Program-made: the position numbers and the translations under genes
Part shown: piece after piece, positions 10,749 through 21,940 of the stretch
How positions within the stretch are numbered: the stretch's first letter is position 1
Layout: each line of letters begins with the position of its first letter
DNA from: Bryobacterales bacterium
GTDB lineage: Bacteria; Acidobacteriota; Terriglobia; Bryobacterales; UBA6623
DNA length: 64,000 nt
Direction of reading: 5' to 3'
Assembly: GCA_965226215.1 (NCBI GenBank)
Contig: CBDDCH010000001.1
Coordinates: 34,761-98,760 of the forward strand
Notes under the pieces: model-generated
What the model was told of the DNA's origin: nothing
Database searches by the model: none
Seen by the model: the letters and a program-made list of their open reading frames with translations, nothing else

Positions 10749-12845
10749 TCAAAACTTCAGCGTTTCCATCAGGGTATTCAGTTCCTTTTGAAGCTCGTCC
10801 TTCCGGAGGCGGAGTTCGTTCTGCTGATCCCTAAGCGAAACCAACCTTCCTTCCTGAGCGGAAAGCTTGTCGGCGTACTCCATCACCCGCTGCTGCTGCC
10901 CGGCAACGGAGCGGAGCGTCGAAATGTTGCTCCTCAGCCGGCTCTGGTCTTGCGAGAGGTTGTTGATCTGTTCGTTGACCCTCCCGAGTTCACGATCGGT
11001 GTCGGCGATTTGGCGCTTTAGATCAGCGATCTCCTCCAGCTTCTTGCGGCCGGCTTCGTCGAGTTTCTCGTTCCGCACGTAAGTAAAGATCTGGTCCGGC
11101 GTCATGTTCGTGACGGCGATCTGCTGAGAATAGACCCGTTCCTCGACCACCGGGAATTTCTTTGTAGCTCCGGGATCGACCTTCACCTCGAAGCGATAGG
11201 AGTTGGCGGTTTTTTCTTCCGGCTTCATATCGATGAGCTTGTACTCGGGTCGGGCGGCGTGCTCGATGATCACGGTCTTGGACTTGGAATCAACGTTGCG
11301 AATGGTAAACGTCTTGGTCTCACGGCGAGCGGTTTTCGTAGTCAGCAAGCCACGTCGGTAGTGGAACTCGCTGAGCAGCTTACTCTCGCTATCGAAGGCT
11401 GCGGTGATACGAGTTCCGAGATCGACGGCATAGCTAATCAGCCGTTTGTCGCCCGACTTGACGGTCTCCATCAGAGCCTCGCCGGCATAGGCTCCGGCGT
11501 CGTAGACCGTAATGGCGCCACCGTCCATCGTGGTGTCGCCGGAGTTGGTCAGCTCGACGGCGTTGAGAGGGTGCTGGGAAGCATTAGAGTGGTCGTAGAT
11601 GAGTAAGCGCCGGGCCTCGACGCGCTCTCGGAAGAAGGGCAGCATGGCGGACTCGCCCTTGCGAATGTTAACCGGACGATCGATCTTGTATTCGAACAGT
11701 TCCCCGAGCTCGGCGCCGACAGCGGTGGCCGCCACGGTGGAGGCGATGGCTCGGCGTTGAAAAAGAGCGTCTTGGGCGCCGACCAGGCCCCCCACCACGC
11801 CGCTGGCGACTTGCTGGCGAAAGGCGCGATTCCCCTCTAGGTTGTCGCGCCGACCCTTCTTTTGCCCGTAATAGGCGGCTGCTTCCTTGGCTGGTGGAGG
11901 CGCAGGCGGACGCATCGCGGCCACCGTGTCACTTAGGCCTGCTTCCTCGACGGCCCCCCCGTGGACCACCGGGCGCCAGGCGCGGTCTTGAGCCAACTGA
12001 ACGACCGGGCGGCTCACGTAGCGTGGTTCGTAAAGCCGGCTGATAAAGGACACCGGTAACCCAGAGACGAGCGAAAGCCTGACATTCGTCCAGTCCTCGC
12101 CCGAGGTGTTGTCGACGATCGCCCAGCCCTCGAGCAGCGGCTTTTCCTTCTCGTCGAATACCAGCCGGTAACTGCTTTTCCAAATCGCGGTAGGGACTAC
12201 ATAGCTGGCCGCGACTTCGCTGGCTCCTCCTGACGATTCGATGGTCACAGTTCGCTTCTCGAGATTGCGAGACCGCGCCACAACGCCAAGGTAGTCCGCA
12301 AACTGAGACTGCAACTTGGGATCGACGAATCGCAGCCCGGCTGCCGCCGCCGGATCGACCGTTCGAAGCTCACCCTTGGTGAGCAGCATCAGTTCCTGGC
12401 GCTGGGGCTGGCGTTCGCTGGCCGGGATCGTCCGCGCGCTGACGATCGAACCGCGTGTCTTGCCGCTGCTGAGCCGCAGTTCCACCTCGGCGCCCTTGAA
12501 CTGGTCGAGAATCTGGCTGAGAGTGATGGCTTGGCCGATACGGAAGGGGAAAACTTCCAAGCGTTTCGAAAGCGGGTCGCTGGAGTCGTAGCGGATGGCC
12601 GAGACGCCTTCCCCTCCGCGCTGTTCGACGGTCAAGGACTTGAGTACGTCGTCCATCTCGGTTGCTTTGAACTGGAGTTGAGCTACATCTCCGGACGGCA
12701 CGTTTCCCGATCGCTCAAAAAACCCGATTCCGTGCTTGTAGAGCACGACTTTGCTGACGGTAAGATCGGCGGCCCGCGCGGCGAGGCCCGAAAACATCAG
12801 AATGACGAAAGGGGCAAACACACGAATTCGCATAATATCCTCCAC
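10749..12845 (-). CDS. DUF4139-like secreted protein with C-terminal coiled coil
   Basis: Signal peptide; motifs VVLYKHGIGFFER, WKSSYRL, GWAIVDNTSGEDWTNVRLSLVSG. Confidence 0.75.
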   Translation of the reverse strand: MEDIMRIRVFAPFVILMFSGLAARAADLTVSKVVLYKHGIGFFERSGNVPSGDVAQLQFKATEMDDVLKSLTVEQRGGEGVSAIRYDSSDPLSKRLEVFPFRIGQAITLSQILDQFKGAEVELRLSSGKTRGSIVSARTIPASERQPQRQELMLLTKGELRTVDPAAAAGLRFVDPKLQSQFADYLGVVARSRNLEKRTVTIESSGGASEVAASYVVPTAIWKSSYRLVFDEKEKPLLEGWAIVDNTSGEDWTNVRLSLVSGLPVSFISRLYEPRYVSRPVVQLAQDRAWRPVVHGGAVEEAGLSDTVAAMRPPAPPPAKEAAAYYGQKKGRRDNLEGNRAFRQQVASGVVGGLVGAQDALFQRRAIASTVAATAVGAELGELFEYKIDRPVNIRKGESAMLPFFRERVEARRLLIYDHSNASQHPLNAVELTNSGDTTMDGGAITVYDAGAYAGEALMETVKSGDKRLISYAVDLGTRITAAFDSESKLLSEFHYRRGLLTTKTARRETKTFTIRNVDSKSKTVIIEHAARPEYKLIDMKPEEKTANSYRFEVKVDPGATKKFPVVEERVYSQQIAVTNMTPDQIFTYVRNEKLDEAGRKKLEEIADLKRQIADTDRELGRVNEQINNLSQDQSRLRSNISTLRSVAGQQQRVMEYADKLSAQEGRLVSLRDQQNELRLRKDELQKELNTLMETLKF

Positions 12846-13071
12846 TAGCTAATACGCTGGAGGCCCCCAAAGCGTGCAGGTCGGTTTTGTGCGAACCAGC
12901 GCTAACTCGACAGCTCCCAAGCGGTTACGACCTTGACCGCTCCACGCCAGGCTTCATTCTCCTCCGCGGCAGGCCCGGTCTCGCGCCATTTTCATCCCCT
13001 TGGGTGGGCCGTAGGCCCATGGGCACTCACTTCCATGAGGAGGCCGGTCCCAGCTTGCTGACATAACCGCA

Positions 13072-13137
13072 CAGAGCCGCGGGCGTAAGCCCGCAGGCCC
13101 GCGCCCTTTCGGGCGCTCACTGGTGTTCGCCGCTCTG
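13072..13137. repeat. Inverted pair of CAGAGCCGCG-type REP-like units
   Basis: CAGAGCCGCGGGCGTAAGCCCGC and the inverted CGCTCACTGGTGTTCGCCGCTCTG. Related copies at 17127, 21625, 21671 and 60532. Confidence 0.55.
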
Positions 13138-13350
13138 ATTCGGGCATCGCAAGGCTGCGCGAGAGCAAGGAACTGAGCCTGGAACGTAAGTGACAGGGCA
13201 AGCCCGTAACAGCCCTGGCCCTATGAGCTCACGGTCGAACAGACCCGCAGCCGGGGTTGCGAATAGGCCGGAGACCGCGATACGGAGCGGCTCACCCGTT
13301 GCCCGAATATGTCCTGCGGCTACGTGCAGAGTGGGTGCTGAGCCCAGGCC

Positions 13351-13752
13351 CTACTTCCCTAAAATGTCGAAGGTGGTCGTCCCACGCTGACGCACTTTGA
13401 AGTAGGCTTTTTCCCACTCCCGGTGCGCGACGTGATCAGCATAGGTTTCAAGTGCGGCCTCGTCATCCATCTCCATGCAAACGCCGTTTTTGCGTTCCTT
13501 GGCCTCACCGGTCTTGCCGTAGATCGTCTGCGTGCGGCGTAGTTTTCCGAGCCACACCTTGTTGAGGCCGTCAATCTTGCTCGGCAGCTCGTCGGTCGCT
13601 TCTTGGAAAGCTTCCCAGTCCGCGTCCGTGGCGTCGTCTACCGGCGTGAACGTAAAGCAGTGCATGAGTTTCTTCTCCCCGGCCAAACCCACGCTGCAAA
13701 ACAAGGATACTCCCACAACTAGTGTCGTCAAACGAGTCCATCGGCTAAACAT
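13351..13752 (-). CDS. Secreted Dabb / stress-responsive A/B barrel protein
   Basis: Signal peptide; KLMHCFTF...LPSKIDGL...MEMDDEAALETYADHVAH; AAGGAGG RBS. Confidence 0.75.
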   Translation of the reverse strand: MFSRWTRLTTLVVGVSLFCSVGLAGEKKLMHCFTFTPVDDATDADWEAFQEATDELPSKIDGLNKVWLGKLRRTQTIYGKTGEAKERKNGVCMEMDDEAALETYADHVAHREWEKAYFKVRQRGTTTFDILGK

Positions 13753-14138
13753 GGTGAGTCAGTCCTCCTTAATTCACTTAGATCGGATGCCCGCACCAGG
13801 GCACGGTTTCTGATTGTAACAGCTTCAGTGTGGCGGGCATTCTTGCTTCCGGCCACACTAGTGCGCAGGAGTTCAACCGGCGGCGAGCCTTCGCACCGCG
13901 ATCGGAAAGACGGTGACTGATAGGTTGCTTGTGGTCCCGCCGGAGTACCCCCCACCGCGCTAGGGAACAGCCGAGTCGGCTTTCCTTTTTCTCTTCTCGG
14001 GGTTGACAATAGAAACTTGAGGTCCGATCGATCTCTCGATTTGAACGCTGGACGGGTCGGACGGTTTCGCACCCGAGCTTCCTTGATCCGCCTTGCTCAA
14101 ACCACATTCAGGAGGTTTCTTAACCCTTCTTGCGACCC

Positions 14139-17057
14139 ATGAAAACCGATCCCTCGGATGTAGCCCAACAATTCCGCCGGGAAATCGAGGGAGAGGTGCG
14201 CTTCGACGCTTATTCGAAAGTCCTCTACAGCACGGACGCCAGCATCTGGCAGGTGGAGCCGATCGGCGTCGTCATTCCTAAACACGCTGAGGACGTTACC
14301 GCCGCCGTGGGTCTCGCGGCGCGCACCGGAACGCCGATCTTGCCGCGGGGCGGAGCAACGAGTCTCTCCGGGCAAACCGTCGGACATGCCGTTCACATCG
14401 ACTTTTCGAAATACATGCACGAAGTCTTGGAGTGCAATACCGAAGAACGCTGGGTGCGAGTACAGCCCGGGGTGGTCCAAGATCAGCTGAACAACTTCCT
14501 ACGGCCCCTCGGATTCCAGTTCGGCCCCGACACCTCGACGAGCAGCCGTGCAACCATCGGCGGCATGATCGGCAGCAACTCGGCCGGCGCGCACTCGATT
14601 CTTCATGGCAAGACCGTCGACCACGTCTTGGAGCTCAAAGTCGTGCTTGCCGACGGATCAGAGGCGTGTTTGGGACCGGTGGAAACCGCGGAACTCGACC
14701 GTCGCACGGGCGGCGAAAACCTTGAGAACCGGCTCTACGAAGAAACACGCAAGCTCGGACAAGTGTACCGGGAGGAAATCCTCAGGCGATTCCCTCAGCT
14801 TTTGAGGCGCGTAAGCGGTTACAACCTCGACGAGTTGGTCGCCAAGGGCACGGAATTCGGCGCCGGCTACTCCAGCAAACCCGGCCCTTACAACCTCGCG
14901 AAGCTGGTCGTCGGGAGCGAGGGTACGCTGGCGGTGGTAAGCGAGGCCAAACTTAGGATCGTTCCCCTCCCCCAAAGGAGGGGTCTGCTGGTCATTCACT
15001 TCCGCTCCTTGTTCGAAGCCGTCGACGCTGCGCCGGAGATCGTCCGGCGGGATCCGGCAGCGGTCGAGATCATCGACGACTTCATCTTGGGACGGGCGCG
15101 AGCCAGTCCCAGCTTTCGCGACCGCATGAGCATTTTCGACCCCGAAGCTCAGGCCCTGCTGCTCGTAGAGTTTTACGCCGACAGTGAGTCCGAGATTCGA
15201 GCTCGGCTCGACGAGCTACAGACGCACTTGAGCCGCAACCGGATCGGTTTCAACTACTTGCCTTTAACCGATCCGGACCAGCAGAGGAACATCTGGCAAG
15301 TTCGCAAAGAGTCCCTAGGTCTGCTGATGGGCGTCAAGGGAGACAAGAAGCCGGTTGCTTTTGTCGAGGATCCGGCCGTTCCCGTGGAGAAGATGCCCTC
15401 GTTCTTGCGCCGTTTCGACGAGATCCTGAAGAGCCACGACGCCCGGGGCGGCTACTACGGACACGCCTCGGTCGGATGCGTGCACGTCCGCCCGGCGATC
15501 GATCTCAAGCAGGCTTCCGAAATCGACAAGATGGGCAAGATTGGAGAAGAGGTCTGCCGGCTGGTCATGGAATATGGCGGTGCGATGAGCGGCGAGCACG
15601 GCGACGGGCTGGCTCGGGGTAAATTCAACAAGGTCCTGTTCGGGCCCGAGATCTACGAAGCGTTCCGCGAGACGAAGGCCCTTTTCGATCCCCATAACAT
15701 CCTCAATCCCGGCAAAGTCGTCGAAACGCCCGAACCCACCGTAAGCCTGCGTTTTGGTTCGGACTATCGAGCTGTTTCGATTGACACGCACCTCGATTTC
15801 TCATCCGAAGGTGGCTTCGCTCGCGCGGTGGAGATGTGCAACGGAATGGGCGCGTGCCGCAAACGCGACGTCGGAACGATGTGCCCCTCCTACCACGCCA
15901 CGCTCGAAGAAGAACACTCTACGCGCGGTCGAGCCAACGCTCTACGGGCGGCGCTCTCGGGCGCTCTGCCACCCGAGGAGTTTACCTCACGGCGGATGTA
16001 CGAAGTGCTCGACTTGTGTCTGGCTTGCAAAGGCTGCAAAAGAGAATGCCCCTCGAACGTCGATCTGGCAAAGATCAAGTACGAGTTTCTGGCCCACTAT
16101 TACGAAAAGCATGGAGTGCCGCTCCGTGCACGGCTGTTTGCGAATACTCAAGCCCTCAACAAATGGGGCAGCCGCTTTGCGCCGCTGAGCAACGCGATCG
16201 CGCGAGCCGCTCCCGTGAAGTGGTTGTTCGAGCGCTGGCTCGGCATCGACGCCCGCCGCCGGTTACCTCCCTTCGCCCGGCCCGATTTTGAAACTTGGTT
16301 TTTCCGCACCCACCACAAGCCCGCCGGCAATTCCCGACCGAAAGTTGTTCTCTTTCACGACTGCTTCATGACTTACAACTACCCGCGGGTGGGACGGGCG
16401 GCGACCGAGCTGCTGGAGCAAGCTGGCTATGACGTCGTCCTGGCCGACAAGAAATGCTGCGGGCGGCCGATGATCTCGCACGGCTTGATTGAGCAGGCTC
16501 GGCAGGTAGCGCAACACAACGTCCGTGTGCTCGAGCCGTACGTCGAGCAAGGGATTCCTGTGCTCGGTTGCGAACCAAGCTGTCTGCTCACTCTCCGAGA
16601 TGAATATCTGGATCTCATGAAGGGTTCCGCGGTGGAGAAGGTTGCCGCGGGATCTTTTCTCGTGGATGAATTCCTGGTCCGCCTGAGCAAAGAAGACAAG
16701 TTGAAGCTGCGTTTTCGACCTGCCGCCAAGCAAGTCTTATTCCACGGCCATTGCCACCAAAAGGCCCAGGTAGGAACGGGGGGCAGCTTGGAAGCCCTGC
16801 GTCTCATCCCGCAGTGTAAGGTGTCGGAGGTCGACTCCGGTTGCTGCGGTATGGCCGGTTCCTTCGGGTTCGAGAGCGAGCACTACGAGCTTTCCGAAAG
16901 GATCGGCCGGCAACGACTGATCCCTGCTGTCGAGGCCGCGTCCAACGAGACCGAGATCGCCATTGCCGGAGCCTCTTGCCGCCAGCAGATCAGCCACTTC
17001 ACGGACCGCGAACCTAGGCATGTCGTCGAAATCCTGCGTGACGCGCTGGCGGAATAG
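14139..17057 (+). CDS. FAD-linked oxidase fused to Fe-S/CCG (GlpC-like) domains (YdiJ-like)
   Basis: PRGGATSLSGQ, GSEGTL, SGEHGDG, CNGMGAC, CLACKGCKRECP, CCGRP, HGHCHQ, GCCGMAGSFG. Confidence 0.92.
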   Translation: MKTDPSDVAQQFRREIEGEVRFDAYSKVLYSTDASIWQVEPIGVVIPKHAEDVTAAVGLAARTGTPILPRGGATSLSGQTVGHAVHIDFSKYMHEVLECNTEERWVRVQPGVVQDQLNNFLRPLGFQFGPDTSTSSRATIGGMIGSNSAGAHSILHGKTVDHVLELKVVLADGSEACLGPVETAELDRRTGGENLENRLYEETRKLGQVYREEILRRFPQLLRRVSGYNLDELVAKGTEFGAGYSSKPGPYNLAKLVVGSEGTLAVVSEAKLRIVPLPQRRGLLVIHFRSLFEAVDAAPEIVRRDPAAVEIIDDFILGRARASPSFRDRMSIFDPEAQALLLVEFYADSESEIRARLDELQTHLSRNRIGFNYLPLTDPDQQRNIWQVRKESLGLLMGVKGDKKPVAFVEDPAVPVEKMPSFLRRFDEILKSHDARGGYYGHASVGCVHVRPAIDLKQASEIDKMGKIGEEVCRLVMEYGGAMSGEHGDGLARGKFNKVLFGPEIYEAFRETKALFDPHNILNPGKVVETPEPTVSLRFGSDYRAVSIDTHLDFSSEGGFARAVEMCNGMGACRKRDVGTMCPSYHATLEEEHSTRGRANALRAALSGALPPEEFTSRRMYEVLDLCLACKGCKRECPSNVDLAKIKYEFLAHYYEKHGVPLRARLFANTQALNKWGSRFAPLSNAIARAAPVKWLFERWLGIDARRRLPPFARPDFETWFFRTHHKPAGNSRPKVVLFHDCFMTYNYPRVGRAATELLEQAGYDVVLADKKCCGRPMISHGLIEQARQVAQHNVRVLEPYVEQGIPVLGCEPSCLLTLRDEYLDLMKGSAVEKVAAGSFLVDEFLVRLSKEDKLKLRFRPAAKQVLFHGHCHQKAQVGTGGSLEALRLIPQCKVSEVDSGCCGMAGSFGFESEHYELSERIGRQRLIPAVEAASNETEIAIAGASCRQQISHFTDREPRHVVEILRDALAE

Positions 17058-17804
17058 CGGTGTTCAGGCGCGTTTCGGCTAGTCCTCTTTTACTACACAT
17101 GCTTTGCCGGCGTCGAAGAGCGCCCGCAGAGCCGCGAACGCCAGTGAGTGGTGATTGCAACATGGTCCCTACAGGGGTTTGGCCTGTCACTGGCGTTCCA
17201 GGCTCAGTTGCTTGCTACCGCACACCCTCACGACTTGCGAATCGGAGCCGCCTGCCACAAAACCACTCGTACCCGAGGCCCCAGGGTGAAAAGTTCCGTC
17301 GAAAATGAACCAAAAGCGAATGAACCCGGTTCCCTTGATCTTTTGCGGATTATGAGCGAGAATTCATGTGGGCGAGTCGACAAGCAGCGGCCAGAGGCGG
17401 ACCTGTCCCGGGTAAGCATCGAGGCCGCGACTGTACATCCCTTCTCCTTGTTGAGCTGCCCCGATAGGTGCAGCCGGTTACCGCCGGCTGCACCTGGTCT
17501 TGGCCCACCCCGGTGTGCTAACCTGCCTCTCACACGCCTTTTACGGGCACGCGCGGCGTCCCAGGCCCCGGGGCGAAGCGCGGTGCCGCCGATGTCCCCT
17601 CCACCCTAGCCGTATTTCTCGCCTGAGATCGAAGCGAAGGGCGGGAGAAGCCTGTAGATACCTGGCGCGCGGAGGGGTACTTGACCAGTCCGTTGGCCAC
17701 GGCGACCAAGCGGTACGCCGTAGATGTAGGCTTGCGCGCTGGGCAGGCCGATTGTTGTTGAGAAAAGCGGCCAGTTACCGCTCTTTGGGATGGACTCAGG
17801 GAGA

Positions 17805-18740
17805 ATGCGCATCGAGCGTTTGGGTTGGTCCAGCATCCTGTTGGCGCTGACGATTTCGGCCCTGTGGGGCGGCAATTTTGTGGCCCTAAAAGCGGCTCTC
17901 GCAACGATTCCACCGATCTGGATGGCCTTCTGGAGGATGTTGGTCGGCGCGGCTGTCGTAGCCGTCTGGGCGTGGAGCCGCGGGACCAGGCTGAGTCCGA
18001 CGGCGGGGGAGCGGGGGCCGCTCGCGACCTTAAGCTTTATGTTCACTGTGCAGATTGCGCTGCTCAACATCGGCGTCGATTTCACCTCGCCGGCTTATAG
18101 TGTGATTCTGCTGAACTCTCACCCGATCTTCGCCAATGCGATCAGTCACTTTTCCGTCCCCGGAGACCGGTTGAGCCGGCGGCGTGCAACCGGGCTGCTC
18201 ATTGCTTTTTCAGGGATCTGCTTAGTGTTCTTTGGGCAACCTACCGCCCGCTTGGCCGAACATCCTGTGGCTGGGAATCTGATCGTGATACTCGCGGCTG
18301 CTCTTCTTGCCGCTCGTATTGTTTACACCAAGCAGGTGGTGCAGCACGTCGAGCCAGTGCTGGCCGTCGTCTGGCAGATGCTGCTGTCGCTGCCGGCCTT
18401 TCTTCTGATCGCGGCATTCACGGAACCCCTCGTCAAGCAGCCGTTTAACTGGGAGGCCGCAGGCTCCCTCTTCTACCAAGGCGTCGTAATCTCAGGGTTC
18501 TGCTATGTCACCTGGACAAGACTCCTCAGGCGCCACAGCCCTGGGATCTTATCGACATTTGGGTTCACCACGCCCGTTTTCGGGGTGGGGCTTAGCGCTT
18601 TGGCCTTTGCCGAGCCCATCACGCCTCGCCTCCTAGTCGGCATGGCGGCTGTTGCCGCCGGGATTCTGATAGTAACTCGCGAGCCGGATCTCAAAACCCG
18701 AGAGTCGATAGGCTCGGAGGCCCCCGGGGCACTCCCGTGA
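17805..18740 (+). CDS. EamA/DMT-family transporter, paralog 1
   Basis: About 10 hydrophobic segments; LWGGNFVALK, NSHPIF, F+TP+FGV motifs. Alternative start at 17790. Confidence 0.9.
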   Translation: MRIERLGWSSILLALTISALWGGNFVALKAALATIPPIWMAFWRMLVGAAVVAVWAWSRGTRLSPTAGERGPLATLSFMFTVQIALLNIGVDFTSPAYSVILLNSHPIFANAISHFSVPGDRLSRRRATGLLIAFSGICLVFFGQPTARLAEHPVAGNLIVILAAALLAARIVYTKQVVQHVEPVLAVVWQMLLSLPAFLLIAAFTEPLVKQPFNWEAAGSLFYQGVVISGFCYVTWTRLLRRHSPGILSTFGFTTPVFGVGLSALAFAEPITPRLLVGMAAVAAGILIVTREPDLKTRESIGSEAPGALP

Positions 18741-19687
18741 CCGAGGGCCGCTACACCCTTCGCCCGCTGGGGCTCGGCGGCGGCCTGGTGGCCCTATTGC
18801 TGTCGGCCCTGTGGGGCGGCAACATCGTTTCCGCCAAGATCGCTTTGGCGACCTTCGCGCCCTTTTGGACGGCTTTTTGGCGCATGTTCGTCGGACTGGC
18901 GCCCGTCCTGTTGTGGGCCTGGAAGAGAGGCACGCGTCTGCGGCCGCAACCGGGGGAACGGCGGTGGCTGACCTACCTGGGCATCTTAACGACGGTGCAG
19001 ATCTCACTCGTTTACCTGGGGGTGAGTCTTACGTCGGCAGGTTTCGCCTCGGTGTTGATGAATAGCCATGCAATCTTTACGAATTTCATCTCCCATTTCT
19101 TCGTGCCGGGTGATCACCTATCGTGGCCTAGACTCATTGGCCTGGTCACGGCGTTCAGCGGTATCTCAGTGACCTTCCTCGGAAAGCCGGAGGCGCGTCT
19201 GGCCTCGAACCCGTTGGCGGGCAACTTGCTTTGCACGGCGACATCGGCGTTGTTCGGGGCGCGGACGGTCTTCACATCGCGAATCGTTGCGCGCATCGAC
19301 TACGTGCGCACCGTTTTTTGGCAAACGGTGATCACCATCCCCTTTTACTTGGCAACGGCCCTCGCACTGGAGCCTGTAACGCTTCAGCCCGTGACCTGGA
19401 CAGCGGTGGCCGCGATAGCCTACCAGGGATTCATGTCCAACGGTGTTTGCACCATCCTTTGGATACGGCTACTACGACACCACCGCCCTGGTGAAGTTGC
19501 TATTTTCGGGTTCCCGGCTCCGCTCTTCGGCGTGACCTTCAGCGCTATGATTCTTTCGGAAAGGCTCTCGCCGGCCCTGCTCGTGGGCGTCGCGGCTGTG
19601 GCCGCCGGCATTCTAATTGTGAGCCGCGACCGAGCGCAGCGCGACATTCCTTCGCCACCCTCACAGATCCGGGGATCCCCTTCGTGA
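18737..19687 (+). CDS. EamA/DMT-family transporter, paralog 2
   Basis: Same motifs as paralog 1; GTGA overlap with the previous stop. Confidence 0.9.
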   Translation: MTEGRYTLRPLGLGGGLVALLLSALWGGNIVSAKIALATFAPFWTAFWRMFVGLAPVLLWAWKRGTRLRPQPGERRWLTYLGILTTVQISLVYLGVSLTSAGFASVLMNSHAIFTNFISHFFVPGDHLSWPRLIGLVTAFSGISVTFLGKPEARLASNPLAGNLLCTATSALFGARTVFTSRIVARIDYVRTVFWQTVITIPFYLATALALEPVTLQPVTWTAVAAIAYQGFMSNGVCTILWIRLLRHHRPGEVAIFGFPAPLFGVTFSAMILSERLSPALLVGVAAVAAGILIVSRDRAQRDIPSPPSQIRGSPS

Positions 19688-20634
19688 AGGCGGACGCCGC
19701 AACAGCTCGGCCGTTGGGGTTCAACGCCGCTCTGGCGGCCATCGCTCTTACCGTGCTCTGGGGTGGCAATGTGGTCGCCATGAAGACAGCGCTGGGAACC
19801 TTTCCACCTTTTTGGACCGCTTTTTGGCGCATGGTGGTCGGCCTGGCACCGCTCCTGATGTGGTCGAGGAAAAAAAGGACCCGGTTAAAGCCACAACCGG
19901 GGGAATGGCTCCCGCTGACGGCTTTGGGCCTGTTGATGACAGTGCAGATGGCGGTCGTCTATCTGGGGGTGAATCTGACTTCGGCCGCCTATGCCGCTGT
20001 GCTGTTGAACAGCCATCCGATCTTTACGAATTTGCTCTCCCATTTTTATGTCCCGGGCGATCAAGTCTCGTGGCCTCGGGTCGTCGGCCTGGCGGTCGCG
20101 TTCGGCGGCATATCGGTCACGTTTCTCGGACGGCCGGACACAGATTGGGCTCCGCGTCCGCTGGCCGGCAATTTGCTGACAACGCTGGCTGGGGCTCTTT
20201 CCGGAGTGCTCACGGTGGTCACCAAGCGAGTCATCGGACGCATCGACTACATCCGCACCATCTTTTGCGTGACCGCATTAACAGTCCCTTTCTACCTGGT
20301 GACGGCGGTTACCCTGGAGCCTATGACCCTCCAACCGGTGAGCTGGAAAGCGGTGCTGGCAATTCTGTACCAGGGAATCATAGCCAATGGCGTTTGCGTC
20401 ATCCTTTGGGTAGGGTTGCTACGAAGTCACCGCCCCGGCGTATTGTCCATGTTTGGGTTCCTGTCGCCGATCTTCGGGGTGGCATTCAGTGCCATCGCGT
20501 TTTCCGAAACACTCTCGCCGGCGCTGCTGGGAGGCTTGGCGGCGGTTGCCGCGGGCCTGTTAATCGTGACCAGGCAGCAGCAGCCGGACGTGCCAGGCTC
20601 CCCACCGTCACCAGTTCGCGGAGCGCTTCAGTGA
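19684..20634 (+). CDS. EamA/DMT-family transporter, paralog 3
   Basis: Same motifs; GTGA overlap. Confidence 0.9.
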   Translation: MKADAATARPLGFNAALAAIALTVLWGGNVVAMKTALGTFPPFWTAFWRMVVGLAPLLMWSRKKRTRLKPQPGEWLPLTALGLLMTVQMAVVYLGVNLTSAAYAAVLLNSHPIFTNLLSHFYVPGDQVSWPRVVGLAVAFGGISVTFLGRPDTDWAPRPLAGNLLTTLAGALSGVLTVVTKRVIGRIDYIRTIFCVTALTVPFYLVTAVTLEPMTLQPVSWKAVLAILYQGIIANGVCVILWVGLLRSHRPGVLSMFGFLSPIFGVAFSAIAFSETLSPALLGGLAAVAAGLLIVTRQQQPDVPGSPPSPVRGALQ

Positions 20635-21560
20635 AGGTCAACGCCGCAACGGCTCGGCCGTTGGGGATCAAGGGGGCTCTGGGAGGCATCTTGCTTGCCT
20701 TGCTTTGGGGTGGCAATGTGGTTGCCATCAAGACTGCCCTGGGAACTTTCCCCCCTTTTTGGAGTGCCTTCTGGCGAATGTCGGTGGGAGTGCCCACGAT
20801 CGGCTTGTGGGCTTTGCTGCGCGGAATTCCGTTGCTGCCCCCGCGATCCGAACGGGCTTCGCTGACAGCGCTGGGAATCCTCATGACCGTACAGACTTCT
20901 CTTGTCTACTTGGGGGTGAATCTCACCTCGGCGGCATACGGCTCGGTGCTGCTCAACAGCTACCCGATCTCGACGAGTCTGATTTCCCACTTCTTTGTGC
21001 CAGGGGACTATCTGTCATGGACCCGAGTCAGCGGCCTGGTAGTTGCTTTCAGCGGGATCTCGGTACTGTTCCTCGGGCGTCCTGATCCCGAGCTGGCGTC
21101 ACGGCCCCTGCTGGGCAACGTAATCTGCACGACGGCGGCCTTCTTGTTCGGAGCGCGATTCGTGTTTACCAAGCGCATCGTCGAGCACGTCCATCCGATC
21201 CGCGCCGTCTTTTGGCAGAGTGCCTTCACGTTACCGTTTTATTTGGCGGCCGCGGCTCTGACGGCGGAGCCGACGCGGGGTCCCGTCACGACGGCATCCA
21301 TACTTGCGATCCTATATCAAGGCACTGTCAACAATGGTTTCTGCATGATCGTGTGGATACTGCTCGTGCGTAGATACCGGCCCGGCGTCTTGTCCGTGTT
21401 CGGGTTTCTGACACCGCTTTTCGGAGTAGTCTTCAGCGCCATCGTGTTTTCCGAAAAACTCTCGCCGGTGCTGCTGGCAGCGGTGGCCGCTGTCGCCGCG
21501 GGCATTCTTCTCGTAGCGAAGCAGTCGCCACAGCCCATCGCGGGAGCTTCCCAGCAGTGA
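20631..21560 (+). CDS. EamA/DMT-family transporter, paralog 4
   Basis: C-terminal 309 aa of ORF 19812..21560. The GTG at 20631 (VKVNAATARPLG) matches the start of paralog 3. Confidence 0.9.
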   Translation: MKVNAATARPLGIKGALGGILLALLWGGNVVAIKTALGTFPPFWSAFWRMSVGVPTIGLWALLRGIPLLPPRSERASLTALGILMTVQTSLVYLGVNLTSAAYGSVLLNSYPISTSLISHFFVPGDYLSWTRVSGLVVAFSGISVLFLGRPDPELASRPLLGNVICTTAAFLFGARFVFTKRIVEHVHPIRAVFWQSAFTLPFYLAAAALTAEPTRGPVTTASILAILYQGTVNNGFCMIVWILLVRRYRPGVLSVFGFLTPLFGVVFSAIVFSEKLSPVLLAAVAAVAAGILLVAKQSPQPIAGASQQ

Positions 21561-21940
21561 CAACGAGCGAGGGCCAGCCGATGTCGTTGTACGAAGATCC
21601 TGAATGGGCAAGAACATGTGTAACCAGAGCCGCGCTTGAAAGGGTGCGGCTGAGGCGGAACATGTGTAAACAGAGCCGCGCGCGTCAGCAAGCGGTCCGG
21701 TGATGTCGTGCGGCACCTGGGAACCCACGTCATGCGGAAACTTCGCAAGCTCGCAAAACGGAGCCGCGGCCATGAGGCCGCGAGCCCAGCCGGCTCGAGC
21801 CCGTGGCTCGGTTTGGTCCCGGTTAACCTGGTCATGGTCGGGCAAGGCAGCGGGCAGACAGATCCAGCGCAGACACGGCCCTTCGTTTGAGCTGAGGGAC
21901 CGCATCGTAAACTGATTCATTACCTCCCAGTGCAAGCAAC

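Noticed and set aside
19812-20630. 582-aa ORF as a fused or extended transporter
   Set aside because: The N-terminal part is an alternative frame over paralog 3; the real gene starts at GTG 20631.
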